Assembly: GCA_046301955.1 (NCBI GenBank)
Contig: JBKCJE010000006.1
Location: forward strand, 1-57,417
Origin: Bacteroidota bacterium
GTDB taxonomy: Bacteria; Bacteroidota; Bacteroidia; NS11-12g; UBA955
Direction of reading: 5' to 3'
Length of the DNA stretch: 57,417 bases
Shown here: positions 44,950 through 54,429 of the stretch, piece by piece
Layout: each line of letters starts with the position of its first letter
Position numbering within the stretch: the first letter of the stretch is position 1
Program-made: the position numbers and the translations under genes
The notes under the pieces: generated by a model
Database searches by the model: none
What the model saw: the letters and a program-made list of their open reading frames with translations, nothing else
Told to the model about the DNA's origin: nothing

Positions 44950-47928
44950 TTACGGCTTGTTCGCTTGTTCGCTCGCCAGTTGATCCAACTTGGCTTTGGC
45001 TTCTTTCTTCAATTCTGCCACATCAAAATTCTCAATCACCCCGTTCCAAGTAGCTTTTGCATTGAACATATCGCCTTCTTTTTTAAATGCATCGCCCAAC
45101 AAAATCAGCGACCTACCCACCCACAAATCGTATCCATTGAACTCATCCAATACCGCATAGCACGAAGCTTTACACAATTCCAAACTGTCAATAGCATACA
45201 GATACTGTGCCTCTACATATTTGGCCTCTGCTGCAAAACGGTTGTTGTCTTTGCTGTAAATGCCTTTCAAATCGTTGAGTACATTGTCTGTCTTGCCCGA
45301 CTTAATATCTGCTTTTACCAACGTCAATTTGGCCTCGGTTCTCATTTCCGCGGGCGTACCGTTGTCAGCCAACACCTTCGCTGAAATTGCTTCAAGTCCT
45401 ACGGTATTGCCTGATTTCGCATAGCAATACATCATGGTCTGCCAGCAATTTTGTTTGGTTTCTCTGCTCTGCGTGATGGGCTCCAACACCTCAACAAACG
45501 CCAACACCTGTTCGCAAGTGGGATTTTCACCACTCAATTTCAGCACAGCCAAAGCGGCATCTTCTTTCAAATCTCCTGAATTGGCCAATGCCACCACCGA
45601 ATAATGCTCTATGGCCGCTGCCTTATTCTTCAATTCCTCAAATGTCTGGGCCAAATAATAATGCGCCAATAAGTAAAATCCACCTTTTGAAAATTCTTGC
45701 AAATAGGCCTCAAACCCTTTCTGTGCGATGCCAAAATCACCCTTTTCGTAGGCATTGTAACCCACTTCATACATCAAACTATCTTGGTCTTCATTGGAAA
45801 TGCCCCCGCGATCCTTTTTCCATCGCACATATTGCTTGGCATCGCCCTGTTCCGCATAAATCTTCTTTACCATATCGTTGGCCACCTTCGCCTCAGGCGT
45901 TCCTGGGTAGTTGTCGTATAGCTTGGAGTAAATATCCACGGCATTGGTCATCTTCTTTGAGTTGTAATAAATCCGTCCCAACGTTGAATAAGCCCTGTTT
46001 GCGCGGGGATTGCTCGGGTATTTCTGTAAGATCTCCGAGTAGTAGCGCTCAGCGTCGGCCATTCTACCCATCACGTTGTATTCTTCCGCTGCTTCAAAAT
46101 AGGCATCCACCACAAATCGAGAATTGGGAAATTCCTGAATCAATCGCTTCATCGCACTCACCTTTTCCTCCGACTTATCAATCAGGCCGTAAATCAAGCC
46201 ACTCTGATATAACGCATAATCGGCATCGGCACCATTTTTTCCACTCACATAGGCATAGGCCTTTACCGCATCGTTCAATTGCTTTGTCATGAAGTAACAA
46301 TCGCCCAAACGCAAATAGGCGTCGTGCACCATGCGCTCCTCATACCGACCCTGCGCCGCCTTGGTCGTGAAACTACTAAACTGCTCACTCGCCTCACTGT
46401 ATTTCTTTTGTTGAAATTTCACATAACCCAATCCATAATAGGCATAAGGCATGACTTCTGTGCCCGATGCTGCTGGTCTATCCAAGAACGATTGATACGC
46501 TACCACTGCTTGTGCTTCATTGCCCTGCAACATCAATGCTTCTGCCTTCCAAAACAGCGCTTGGGCAGCATAATCGGCATTGGATCTACGCGCTGCGCAT
46601 TTTTCAAACAACTCCAAAGCGCCAGAGAAATTTCGACTCTTGTACAATTCCATACCACGGGCCAAGGTCACTTTCTGATAGACTTCCTCGGTTTGCGCAT
46701 CCAACTCTCCCAATCCATCCAACAACGCCACCGCCTCGCGGTAACTATCGGTATTGATCAACAAACGCGCTTTTAATTTGGTTGCTTCTTTGGCATTGGC
46801 CTTGTTCGGGAACAATTTCACATACTTATCAAGTAAACCAATACTTTGGTTGTCGTTCAGTAAAATCGCCAATTTGGCCTGGTTAAACAGGGCCATTTCC
46901 GCGATGTCGGGATTGTAACCCGTACGGAAGGCTTCTGCATAGGCGTTCATCGCCTCGCGGTTGTGCTTTTGCTTCATCAGCGCATTGCCCAACTGAAAAC
47001 TGGCGATTTGAGACAAGCTATCACCCATTGCGGCCACACTACTCAACCAAACCACACTACCCTCGTAATCACCCGTGCGGTAAAAAGAATACCCAATTTC
47101 ATATTTCTCTTCCACTTTCAAGGTATCGGGCGATAATTCAGCCAAGCGATACGATTCAGCCGCTTTGTCGAAGGCATTTTTGCGGAAATAACACTTCCCT
47201 TTCAACCATTGCACTTGGTTCTGTGGCACTTTCTTGCCCACCTTTTCTAACTCAGCCAACGCATAGTCATAGTTGTTCATTTGGTAGTGCACTTGGGCCA
47301 AATAAAAACGGACGTTATCGTACCCTTTATCCCGAATTCTTTCAAACGCGGTAATGGCTTGTGGATAATCCCCCATCATCAAACAGGCATAACCGTAGTA
47401 GTAACTACCGAGGTCGCGATACTCACCCGGGGCATCGGCCACAGCCTTCAAAACCTCAACGGCTTCTTTGTATTTCTTGCCATTAACCAAGCAAAATCCC
47501 TTGCGATAATTAAACTGTGAGCGCAGTGGCTTGTCGATGGCTTTCTCGTCGACGTTCTTGTAATAACGCAGCGCGCTGGAATACTTCGACTTCAAATAAT
47601 AGAAATCGCCCAGGGCCAAATTGGCTTCTGTTGTTTTTAGCGAACCGGGGTTTTGGTCAAGGAATTGCTGCAATGACGGCACACCATCGGTATGTCCGGC
47701 CTTCAACTTCGAAATGGAATAATAGTATTCCGCTTCTGCACGTTGGGTTCCATCGGGCACCAAATTGAGGTAGCTCCGAAACTGTGCAACCGCTGCATTA
47801 AACCTGCCTTCGCGATACAGTTCTACCCCCCGATCAAAATGGGTTGCAGGGAACTGATTTTGTTTGCTTTCTTGAGCGAACAAGGGCGATAACCCGGCCA
47901 ACATCACGACAAAAAATGCCAATCTCAT
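44950..47928 (-). CDS. Large tetratricopeptide-repeat protein (secreted or periplasmic)
   Basis: 992 aa with signal peptide MRLAFFVVMLAGLSPLFAQ. It contains many 34-aa TPR-like units (A..Y..A/G.Y....Y..A...F pattern) throughout. Confidence 0.85.
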   Translation of the reverse strand: MRLAFFVVMLAGLSPLFAQESKQNQFPATHFDRGVELYREGRFNAAVAQFRSYLNLVPDGTQRAEAEYYYSISKLKAGHTDGVPSLQQFLDQNPGSLKTTEANLALGDFYYLKSKYSSALRYYKNVDEKAIDKPLRSQFNYRKGFCLVNGKKYKEAVEVLKAVADAPGEYRDLGSYYYGYACLMMGDYPQAITAFERIRDKGYDNVRFYLAQVHYQMNNYDYALAELEKVGKKVPQNQVQWLKGKCYFRKNAFDKAAESYRLAELSPDTLKVEEKYEIGYSFYRTGDYEGSVVWLSSVAAMGDSLSQIASFQLGNALMKQKHNREAMNAYAEAFRTGYNPDIAEMALFNQAKLAILLNDNQSIGLLDKYVKLFPNKANAKEATKLKARLLINTDSYREAVALLDGLGELDAQTEEVYQKVTLARGMELYKSRNFSGALELFEKCAARRSNADYAAQALFWKAEALMLQGNEAQAVVAYQSFLDRPAASGTEVMPYAYYGLGYVKFQQKKYSEASEQFSSFTTKAAQGRYEERMVHDAYLRLGDCYFMTKQLNDAVKAYAYVSGKNGADADYALYQSGLIYGLIDKSEEKVSAMKRLIQEFPNSRFVVDAYFEAAEEYNVMGRMADAERYYSEILQKYPSNPRANRAYSTLGRIYYNSKKMTNAVDIYSKLYDNYPGTPEAKVANDMVKKIYAEQGDAKQYVRWKKDRGGISNEDQDSLMYEVGYNAYEKGDFGIAQKGFEAYLQEFSKGGFYLLAHYYLAQTFEELKNKAAAIEHYSVVALANSGDLKEDAALAVLKLSGENPTCEQVLAFVEVLEPITQSRETKQNCWQTMMYCYAKSGNTVGLEAISAKVLADNGTPAEMRTEAKLTLVKADIKSGKTDNVLNDLKGIYSKDNNRFAAEAKYVEAQYLYAIDSLELCKASCYAVLDEFNGYDLWVGRSLILLGDAFKKEGDMFNAKATWNGVIENFDVAELKKEAKAKLDQLASEQANKP

Positions 47929-47932
47929 AATT

Positions 47933-47940
47933 CAAAGATA
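47933..47940 (-). promoter_or_regulatory. Candidate -7 promoter box TATCTTTG (near-leaderless TPR gene)
   Basis: Minus strand reads TATCTTTG-AATT-ATG(47928). Confidence 0.4.
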
Positions 47941-48012
47941 AACGGCAAACCGGCGGCGATATTTTCACCTTATTCACCCAAAATCGCACTGCCCGTTTGA
48001 TTGTACAGTAAC

Positions 48013-48044
48013 AAAAAAGGGAACCCGATGGGCTCCCTTTTTTT
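48013..48044 (-). terminator. Rho-independent terminator after sucC
   Basis: AAAAAAGGGAACCC-GAT-GGGCTCCCTTTTTTT, an 8-bp stem with one mismatch, flanked by A and T tracts. It begins about 16 nt after the sucC stop. Confidence 0.75.
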
Positions 48045-48060
48045 ATCGATAAAAATAGAA

Positions 48061-49275
48061 TTATCCTTTCAATACTTGCTCAACCAAGGCAGCTGCCTCA
48101 GAAAGCGTAATGGCACTGTATACTTTCAAACCACTCTCATCGATGATGCGCTTGGCTTCTACCGCATTGGTACCCTGCAAACGAACGATGATTGGGATTT
48201 GTACATCCCCAATTTTGCGGTAAGCTTCTACCACGCCATTGGCTACGCGATCGCAACGAACAATACCACCAAATATGTTGATTAGGATGGCTTTCACGTT
48301 GGGATCCGACATAATGATACGGAAACCGTTTTCTACAGTTTCTGCATTGGCAGTACCTCCTACGTCCAAGAAGTTCGCAGGCTCACCACCGCTCAACTTG
48401 ATGATATCCATGGTAGCCATCGCCAAACCCGCTCCGTTCACCATACAACCCACGTTCCCGTCGAGCTTCACATAGTTCAGATTGAATTTACCGGCTTCTA
48501 CTTCTGTTGGATCCTCTTCGGCCAAGTCACGCAACTCCAAGAAGTCTTTGTGGCGGTACAAAGCGTTATCGTCTAAGTTCACTTTGGCATCCACGGCGAT
48601 AATGCGATCGTCTGACGTCTTCAACACGGGGTTGATTTCGAACATGGCGCTATCGGTTTCGTCGTAGGCGCGGTACAAAGCGGTAACAAATGTCACCATC
48701 TCTTTGAATGCTTTGCCTTCCAAACCCAAGTTAAATGCGATTTTACGCGCTTGGAATGCTTGCAAACCCACAGCGGGGTTCACCCACTCTTTGTGGATTT
48801 TTTCTGGGTGCTGCTCGGCCACTTCTTCGATATCCATACCGCCTTCGGTGGTGTAGATAATCACGTTTTGCTTGGTAGCACGATCGAGCAATACACTCAT
48901 GTAATATTCTTTGGGTTCGCTAGCGCCAGGGTAGAACACGTCTTGGGCTACCAATACTTTGCTCACCAATTTGCCTGCAGCGCCGGTTTGAATGGTCACC
49001 AATGTGCCACCCAACAAATTCTTGGTAATTTCTGACGCTTGCTCAGGGTTCTTAGCCACCTGAACACCGCGCTGCTCGCTGCCTTGAATTTTACCTTTAC
49101 CGCGACCGCCGGCATGGATTTGTGCCTTTACTACACACCAATCAGATTGGTAATGCTCTTTAACTTTTTGGGCCGCTTCCAAGGCTTGCTCGGGCGTTTC
49201 TGCTACGAATCCTTCTTGTACGGCTACACCGTATTTCTTCAGGATTTCTTTGGCTTGATACTCGTGGATATTCAT
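48061..49275 (-). CDS. sucC: Succinate--CoA ligase (ADP-forming) beta subunit
   Basis: MNIHEYQAKEILKKYGV, VVKAQIHAGGRGKGK, MFEINPV, LDGNVGCMVNGAGLAMATMD, NFLDVGG and INIFGGIVRCD. Confidence 0.97.
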   Translation of the reverse strand: MNIHEYQAKEILKKYGVAVQEGFVAETPEQALEAAQKVKEHYQSDWCVVKAQIHAGGRGKGKIQGSEQRGVQVAKNPEQASEITKNLLGGTLVTIQTGAAGKLVSKVLVAQDVFYPGASEPKEYYMSVLLDRATKQNVIIYTTEGGMDIEEVAEQHPEKIHKEWVNPAVGLQAFQARKIAFNLGLEGKAFKEMVTFVTALYRAYDETDSAMFEINPVLKTSDDRIIAVDAKVNLDDNALYRHKDFLELRDLAEEDPTEVEAGKFNLNYVKLDGNVGCMVNGAGLAMATMDIIKLSGGEPANFLDVGGTANAETVENGFRIIMSDPNVKAILINIFGGIVRCDRVANGVVEAYRKIGDVQIPIIVRLQGTNAVEAKRIIDESGLKVYSAITLSEAAALVEQVLKG

Positions 49276-49316
49276 GTTGATGCGAGAATGCTAAATTATT
49301 GCGACGCGAAAATAAC

Positions 49317-49324
49317 TAACTTTG
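49317..49324 (+). promoter_or_regulatory. Candidate -7 promoter box TAACTTTG
   Basis: Matches TAnnTTTG, 30 nt upstream of ATG 49355. Confidence 0.35.
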
Positions 49325-49354
49325 ACCCAATTAAAGGCACACTTTGGCGATTTC

Positions 49355-50023
49355 ATGATGGTTTTCTGCAAGAATTTACACAAGCACTATGGTCATTTAC
49401 ACGTAGTGAAGGGCGTTGACTTAGAAATTCAAGCCGGTGAAATCGTAGCCATCGTTGGTGCAAGTGGCGCCGGCAAGAGCACTTTGTTGCAGTTATTGGG
49501 TACCTTGGATCAGGCCGATGAAGGACAAATCCAAATTTTCAACACCGATGTAACGCAACTCAGCGGCAAGAAATTGGCGCAGTTCAGAAACAAACATTTG
49601 GGATTCGTATTTCAATTTCATCAATTATTGCCCGAATTTACCGCTTTAGAAAATGCCATGATGCCAGGCTTGATTGCTGGGCTATCGAACAAATTGGCCG
49701 AAAAGCGCGCGGGCGAGCTGTTGAATTATTTGGGCTTGGGCGATCGACATCACCACAAACCCGGACAATTATCCGGCGGAGAACAGCAGCGTGTAGCCAT
49801 TGCCCGGGCGCAATTCAACCAGCCCCAAGTCATCTTTGCCGATGAACCAACAGGCAATTTGGATTCCGCCAACGCAGAAATCATCCACCAGTATTTCAAA
49901 CAACTGCAGCGCGATTTCAACCAAACCATGGTCATTGTTACGCACAACGCAGCACTAACCAACATTGCCGATCGCACTTTGCGCATGCAAGACGGTATTT
50001 TACAAAAATTCACGCCTCATTAA
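49355..50023 (+). CDS. lolD: ABC transporter ATP-binding protein (LolD/MacB-ATPase-like), stand-alone
   Basis: ATG 49355. Walker A GASGAGKST, Q-loop FQFHQLL, signature LSGGEQQRVAIARA, Walker B VIFADEPTGNLD. No permease gene is adjacent. Confidence 0.85.
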   Translation: MMVFCKNLHKHYGHLHVVKGVDLEIQAGEIVAIVGASGAGKSTLLQLLGTLDQADEGQIQIFNTDVTQLSGKKLAQFRNKHLGFVFQFHQLLPEFTALENAMMPGLIAGLSNKLAEKRAGELLNYLGLGDRHHHKPGQLSGGEQQRVAIARAQFNQPQVIFADEPTGNLDSANAEIIHQYFKQLQRDFNQTMVIVTHNAALTNIADRTLRMQDGILQKFTPH

Positions 50024-50043
50024 TAACAGAGGGGGTCATAAAC

Positions 50044-50076
50044 GCCAGGGGCCCCGTCTGCGACGGGGCCCCTGGC
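50044..50076. terminator. GC-rich 15-bp hairpin between convergent genes (terminator-like, no strong T tract)
   Basis: GCCAGGGGCCCCGTC-TGC-GACGGGGCCCCTGGC, read directly. Confidence 0.65.
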
Positions 50077-50125
50077 TACTACTAAACCAAACCTATAAAT
50101 TTCCCAATTGGAATTGGAATTACAA

Positions 50126-51247
50126 TCACTCCCGCATCTCGTAACGCGACTTGCCGTTCCATCCCATACTCACACCAAAACGAACACCGTATTTCCCTGG
50201 AACCAAGTACAAATTCACGGGCAAATTCAACTTGCCTGACTTCAATGTTTTACCCGCAGCGAACAAGAACCCTGTGGTAAATGTCACATCACCCCTGCTA
50301 TCGGGCCGACTCTCAACCAACGCATCCTTCACAAAAACATCAGACCAAGTAGCACCATTGTCTACCGAATATTTATCCATGTATTTTGAAAAAGAGAAAG
50401 TAGGTCCGAAAGCAAACTCCCAACCACTGACGTTATTACGCAAACCGTTCAAAAAGGTTACACTTGGAATAAAGCGACCTTGATCCAAACCCGTAACGGT
50501 AGGAATGAACTCAAACAGCGCTTGGAAATTTCCTTCGTTTAAATACTGTTTCTCAAACTGATACCCAAACTGGAACATATAAGGCATCCCATCGTAACCA
50601 CCTTCTTGGGTTGGCGCTTTAATGATGTTCGCAGACTCACCCGTTAAAACCGTCATCCCCATACGCGGGCCATCGCTTTGCAATCGCAACTGATAAGGGT
50701 TGTTGATGGAATTGTCAAAGTCCGCCTTTTTGGTCAACTTGTTCACCAAATCTTGGTCGTTGACCTTACCAAACAATTCATTCATCGTTACACGCACCAT
50801 CGATAATTCATTGCCTGGGATATTCAAAAACTCCTTTACAAAACTCTTCTCAAATACACCGGTTTCAACATCCAATAAACGAATACTCACATTCACATTT
50901 TCTCCCAATTGCGATATGCTGCCCGTGACGATTTTTTGCACCTTCAATCGCTTCCCAAACTCCGCCAAACAAATCTTCGAGAAACAGCCGGTCATTTTCA
51001 AGGTATCTCTCTTGGCGATGTATTCGATGTCATACTTATCCATCACCTCAAAATCCCCAAAACGTACCAAATCATTAATAATGAATTGAATACACTGACT
51101 TTGGTTGGCCGCCGCATAGCCACGGGTATCAAAATCAATGATGGCGATGGTTGGCTTTGTTGCAACTTGTGATTGTGCAGCACCAGCAAAAACCGTGAGC
51201 AAAGAGAGCACAGTAATTTTTAACTTATTCATAGCGATTGTTTTCAT
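50126..51247 (-). CDS. Putative outer-membrane protein: CsgG/LpoB-like N-terminal domain plus beta-barrel-like C-terminal half (hypothetical)
   Basis: The start is either ATG 51247 (MKTIAMNKLKITVLSLLTVFAGAAQSQ) or ATG 51232. PTIAIIDFDTRGY...LVRFGDFEVMDKYD...KIVTGSISQLGENVNVSIRLLDVETG resembles the CsgG/LpoB-type alpha/beta domain by eye. The C-terminal half has alternating aromatic and Gly strands and ends in ...GWNGKSRYEMRE. Confidence 0.7.
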   Translation of the reverse strand: MKTIAMNKLKITVLSLLTVFAGAAQSQVATKPTIAIIDFDTRGYAAANQSQCIQFIINDLVRFGDFEVMDKYDIEYIAKRDTLKMTGCFSKICLAEFGKRLKVQKIVTGSISQLGENVNVSIRLLDVETGVFEKSFVKEFLNIPGNELSMVRVTMNELFGKVNDQDLVNKLTKKADFDNSINNPYQLRLQSDGPRMGMTVLTGESANIIKAPTQEGGYDGMPYMFQFGYQFEKQYLNEGNFQALFEFIPTVTGLDQGRFIPSVTFLNGLRNNVSGWEFAFGPTFSFSKYMDKYSVDNGATWSDVFVKDALVESRPDSRGDVTFTTGFLFAAGKTLKSGKLNLPVNLYLVPGKYGVRFGVSMGWNGKSRYEMRE

Positions 51248-51364
51248 GATAATTAATTTCTTCGAAGGTCGAGGCAATACCCTCCGCAAACCTTACGGAT
51301 TAACGCATATTTTCAAAATGATTTTAAGGATTAAAGCATAACCTACACCCACACGACCCAACAT

Positions 51365-51452
51365 TTGCATTTTTCGCAAAAAAAGTTAGTCACTTTCGCA
51401 AAAAGTTGCATTTTTTGCAACAGAAATTTTATAGCTTTACGGAAAATCGCAA
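51365..51452. promoter_or_regulatory. Array of TTGCA/(C/T)GCAA half-sites (two 15-bp palindromes TTGCA-N5-YGCAA); candidate operator
   Basis: TTGCATTTTTCGCAA (51365..51379) and TTGCATTTTTTGCAA (51406..51420) differ at one base. Extra half-sites CGCAA lie at 51397 and 51448. All sit in the divergent intergenic region immediately upstream of the HTH gene (ATG 51458). Confidence 0.5.
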
Positions 51453-51457
51453 ATACT

Positions 51458-52456
51458 ATGTCGAACACTGTACAAACCAATTTTATCGAATTGCTCAAAC
51501 GCTCAGCGCCCATGCACATCAGCTTGGCGGAAGAGCTCAGTGAACTACTACAAATAAGTCTAGACTCGGTCTATCGACGATTGCGCTGCGAAACAGACAT
51601 CACCCTATCAGAAACATTTGCTATTTGCAAGCATTTTAATATCCCGTTGGAGGCCCTATCCGAGGTCAATTCCAACATGGTGGCTTTCCGCATCAACAAA
51701 CTCACCGCCGATTCTGAAAGTTTTTACCAATACCTTCAAGTGCTGCATGGCGATTTGTCTTGGATGATGAAATACCCCAACCATCGCCTCATCTATGCCG
51801 CCGAAGATTTGCCGGTTTTCTATCACTTCTTCTTCCCCAAATTGGCGCAGTTTAAAATGATGTACTGGAACAAGAGTATCCTCAACTCCACCGCGTTACA
51901 AGGCAGAAAAGTGGAAGAAATACAATTGCCAAGTATTTGGTTGGAAGAGGTGCCCAAACTGCGCGATATGTTCATGAGTATTCCTACCACCGAGTTGTGG
52001 AACGACGACACCCTCAAAAGCACCATACAGCAGATCAAATTCTATTGGGAGGCCGGATTTTTCTCCGAAAAAGAAACCGTATTACAGGTACTTGAAGATG
52101 TTGATGGCATATTGGCCATGGCATCCAAACAAGCCGAAAACGGCAAAAAATACAACCCTTTAAAAGACCAATCCAACGAAACGGAATATGCCCTCTATGG
52201 CTCTGAATTGATGATAGGCAACAACACCGTTTTCCTCACATCCGATACGCATCAAGCGAGTTATATCGGACATAATTCGTTCAATTTTATTCGCTCCAAC
52301 AACCGATACTTCAACGAAATCACAGAGCATTGGCTCAACAACATGATTTCCAAAAGCACCCCGCTGAGTTTGGTGGCAGAGAAATCGAGGAATCAATTTT
52401 TCAAAGGGATTTACAACAGTGTAGACAAATTCCGTCAGCAAGTCATCCAAGACTAA
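51458..52456 (+). CDS. Helix-turn-helix transcriptional regulator (BetR-type N-terminal HTH by recollection) with large uncharacterised C-terminal domain
   Basis: ATG 51458; the track ORF starts at an upstream TTG. The HTH-like segment is ISLAEELSELLQISLDSVYRRLRCET. 332 aa. Confidence 0.75.
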   Translation: MSNTVQTNFIELLKRSAPMHISLAEELSELLQISLDSVYRRLRCETDITLSETFAICKHFNIPLEALSEVNSNMVAFRINKLTADSESFYQYLQVLHGDLSWMMKYPNHRLIYAAEDLPVFYHFFFPKLAQFKMMYWNKSILNSTALQGRKVEEIQLPSIWLEEVPKLRDMFMSIPTTELWNDDTLKSTIQQIKFYWEAGFFSEKETVLQVLEDVDGILAMASKQAENGKKYNPLKDQSNETEYALYGSELMIGNNTVFLTSDTHQASYIGHNSFNFIRSNNRYFNEITEHWLNNMISKSTPLSLVAEKSRNQFFKGIYNSVDKFRQQVIQD

Positions 52457-52488
52457 CCCCATTCCTTTCACTGCATTTTCACTACCGC

Positions 52489-54429
52489 ATGCGCGAATTG
52501 GCCCAGCAAATACTCAAAAAACATTGGGGGTACGATGCATTCCGACCGGGTCAGATCGATATCGTAGAAAGTTTGATGTTGGGAAAAGACACCCTGGCAT
52601 TGCTACCCACCGGCGGAGGGAAAAGCATCTGCTTTCAGGTTCCAGCGGCATCCAAATCGGGCACTTCATTGGTCGTTTCACCACTCATCGCCCTGATGAA
52701 AGACCAGGTAGAAACCCTCAATCGCAAAGGGATTCCGGCGGCCGCATTGCATGCTGGAATGTCGCGCAAAGCAATTCAACACACATTGGAGCAGGCATTG
52801 CATGGAGAATTCAAACTGCTTTACGTTTCTCCGGAGCGATTGGCCACCCAGAATTTCCGGGGGTATTTGCCCAACTTGAACATACAATTGTTGGTGGTGG
52901 ACGAGGCCCATTGCATCAGCATGTGGGGACAGGATTTCCGTCCTTCCTACCAACGCATCGCTGAGTTGCGCGCACTGTTGCCGGGGGTTCCCTTGGCGGC
53001 ATTCACGGCCAGTGCACCTGCATGGATTCAAGAGGATATCATCCAAGGCTTACAATTGCAGACGCCCTACATTCACCGGGGCGATTTCTCCCGCAACAAC
53101 CTCATTTTTCACGCGCTGGAAAGCCAAGATAAGGCGAATCACATCGTGCGAATATTGGGTCGATCAGAGGGCAGCGCATTGGTCTTTGGACACACCCGAA
53201 AATCGGTGGAGTCGATCTGTAGAACGTTGATTGAAAAGGGGATCTCGGCCAGTTTTTATCATGCTGGACTGCCCAATGGCGAGCGCAGCGAGCGACAAAA
53301 CGAGTGGGTTAACAACCACGTTCGGGTGATGGTTTGCACCAACGCCTTTGGGATGGGGGTTGACAAACCCGATGTGCGGCTGGTGATACACAGCTTCCCA
53401 CCCAAAAACCCTGAGGATTACTACCAGGAGGCCGGCCGTGCCGGCCGGGATGGCAATTTGAGCCATTGCGTGCTTCTACACCACCCAAACGATTGGCAGG
53501 AAATACACGAATCACTGCTGCAACAGCACCCCAACGAAGACACCCTTAAGCACACTTACCATGGCATGCTCAACGCCCTGGGCGTATCGGATGGTGAAGG
53601 AGAATGGCAATCGCACCCGGTGAATCTAGCCCTCATCGCCCAGCAACAAAACCTACATCCCAAAAACCTATATTATGCCGTGAAAGCACTGGAAATACTG
53701 GGACAGTGGCAATGGATGGAAGGCAATTGGCAACCCGCAACGGTAATGATGACCGGGCCACAACACGAAATTTACGACTTCAAAGAAAAACAGCCCGCAT
53801 ATGGCATCCTGTTGGACACATTGTTGCGCGGACATGGGGGCATTTTTGATCACGCGGTGAACATCAATGAATCTTCGTTGGCACGCCGTCTGCGCAAAAG
53901 TGATTTCGATCGCGAGGTTTCACAAGAAGAAATTGTGCAAGTACAGCGCATGTTACAACAGATGGAAAAATTGCAATTATTGCGATACCAACCCTCAACG
54001 GAATGGCCCTTGCTCACCCTCACCGAATCCCGCAGTCTATACCCAAGCTTGAATATCGACCTGCTTCAGCGACTGCTCAAACGCAGATTGCAGGCACTGG
54101 AACAACTCACAAACTATGCCGTTGGTGAATCGTGCAGAAGTGCTTTTTGGCGAATCCATTTCACCGAAGAAACCCAAGCACCAGATTGTGGCACCTGCGA
54201 TATTTGTAAACGAAAAAACCGCAAAGCCGGAGACGAACGCAGTCGGAAATTCTGGCACAGCACCCTGTTAAAGAACCCAAACAGCAAGGCGGCGTATATG
54301 CTGAAGCATTTTCCAGTAACCCAACAGGCGCTGTTGGTAGAAACCCTGCGTATAATGCTCGACGAAGGTTGTATTATTGAAAACGAAAACCAGACACTCT
54401 CATGGGTAGGCGAATCATTTTTACAGTAA
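52489..54429 (+). CDS. recQ: RecQ-family ATP-dependent DNA helicase
   Basis: ATG 52489. GYDAFRPGQ, motif I LPTGGGKS, DEAH box VVDEAHCISMWGQDFRPSY, TATA-like FTASA, ATNAFGMGVDKPDVR, and QEAGRAGRDG. A C-terminal Cys cluster CGTCDIC is present. Confidence 0.93.
   Translation: MRELAQQILKKHWGYDAFRPGQIDIVESLMLGKDTLALLPTGGGKSICFQVPAASKSGTSLVVSPLIALMKDQVETLNRKGIPAAALHAGMSRKAIQHTLEQALHGEFKLLYVSPERLATQNFRGYLPNLNIQLLVVDEAHCISMWGQDFRPSYQRIAELRALLPGVPLAAFTASAPAWIQEDIIQGLQLQTPYIHRGDFSRNNLIFHALESQDKANHIVRILGRSEGSALVFGHTRKSVESICRTLIEKGISASFYHAGLPNGERSERQNEWVNNHVRVMVCTNAFGMGVDKPDVRLVIHSFPPKNPEDYYQEAGRAGRDGNLSHCVLLHHPNDWQEIHESLLQQHPNEDTLKHTYHGMLNALGVSDGEGEWQSHPVNLALIAQQQNLHPKNLYYAVKALEILGQWQWMEGNWQPATVMMTGPQHEIYDFKEKQPAYGILLDTLLRGHGGIFDHAVNINESSLARRLRKSDFDREVSQEEIVQVQRMLQQMEKLQLLRYQPSTEWPLLTLTESRSLYPSLNIDLLQRLLKRRLQALEQLTNYAVGESCRSAFWRIHFTEETQAPDCGTCDICKRKNRKAGDERSRKFWHSTLLKNPNSKAAYMLKHFPVTQQALLVETLRIMLDEGCIIENENQTLSWVGESFLQ

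Noticed and set aside
45588-46292. 234-aa plus-strand ORF, rich in Pro, His and Ser.
   Set aside because: It is antisense to the TPR gene and is a low-complexity, shadow-frame artefact.
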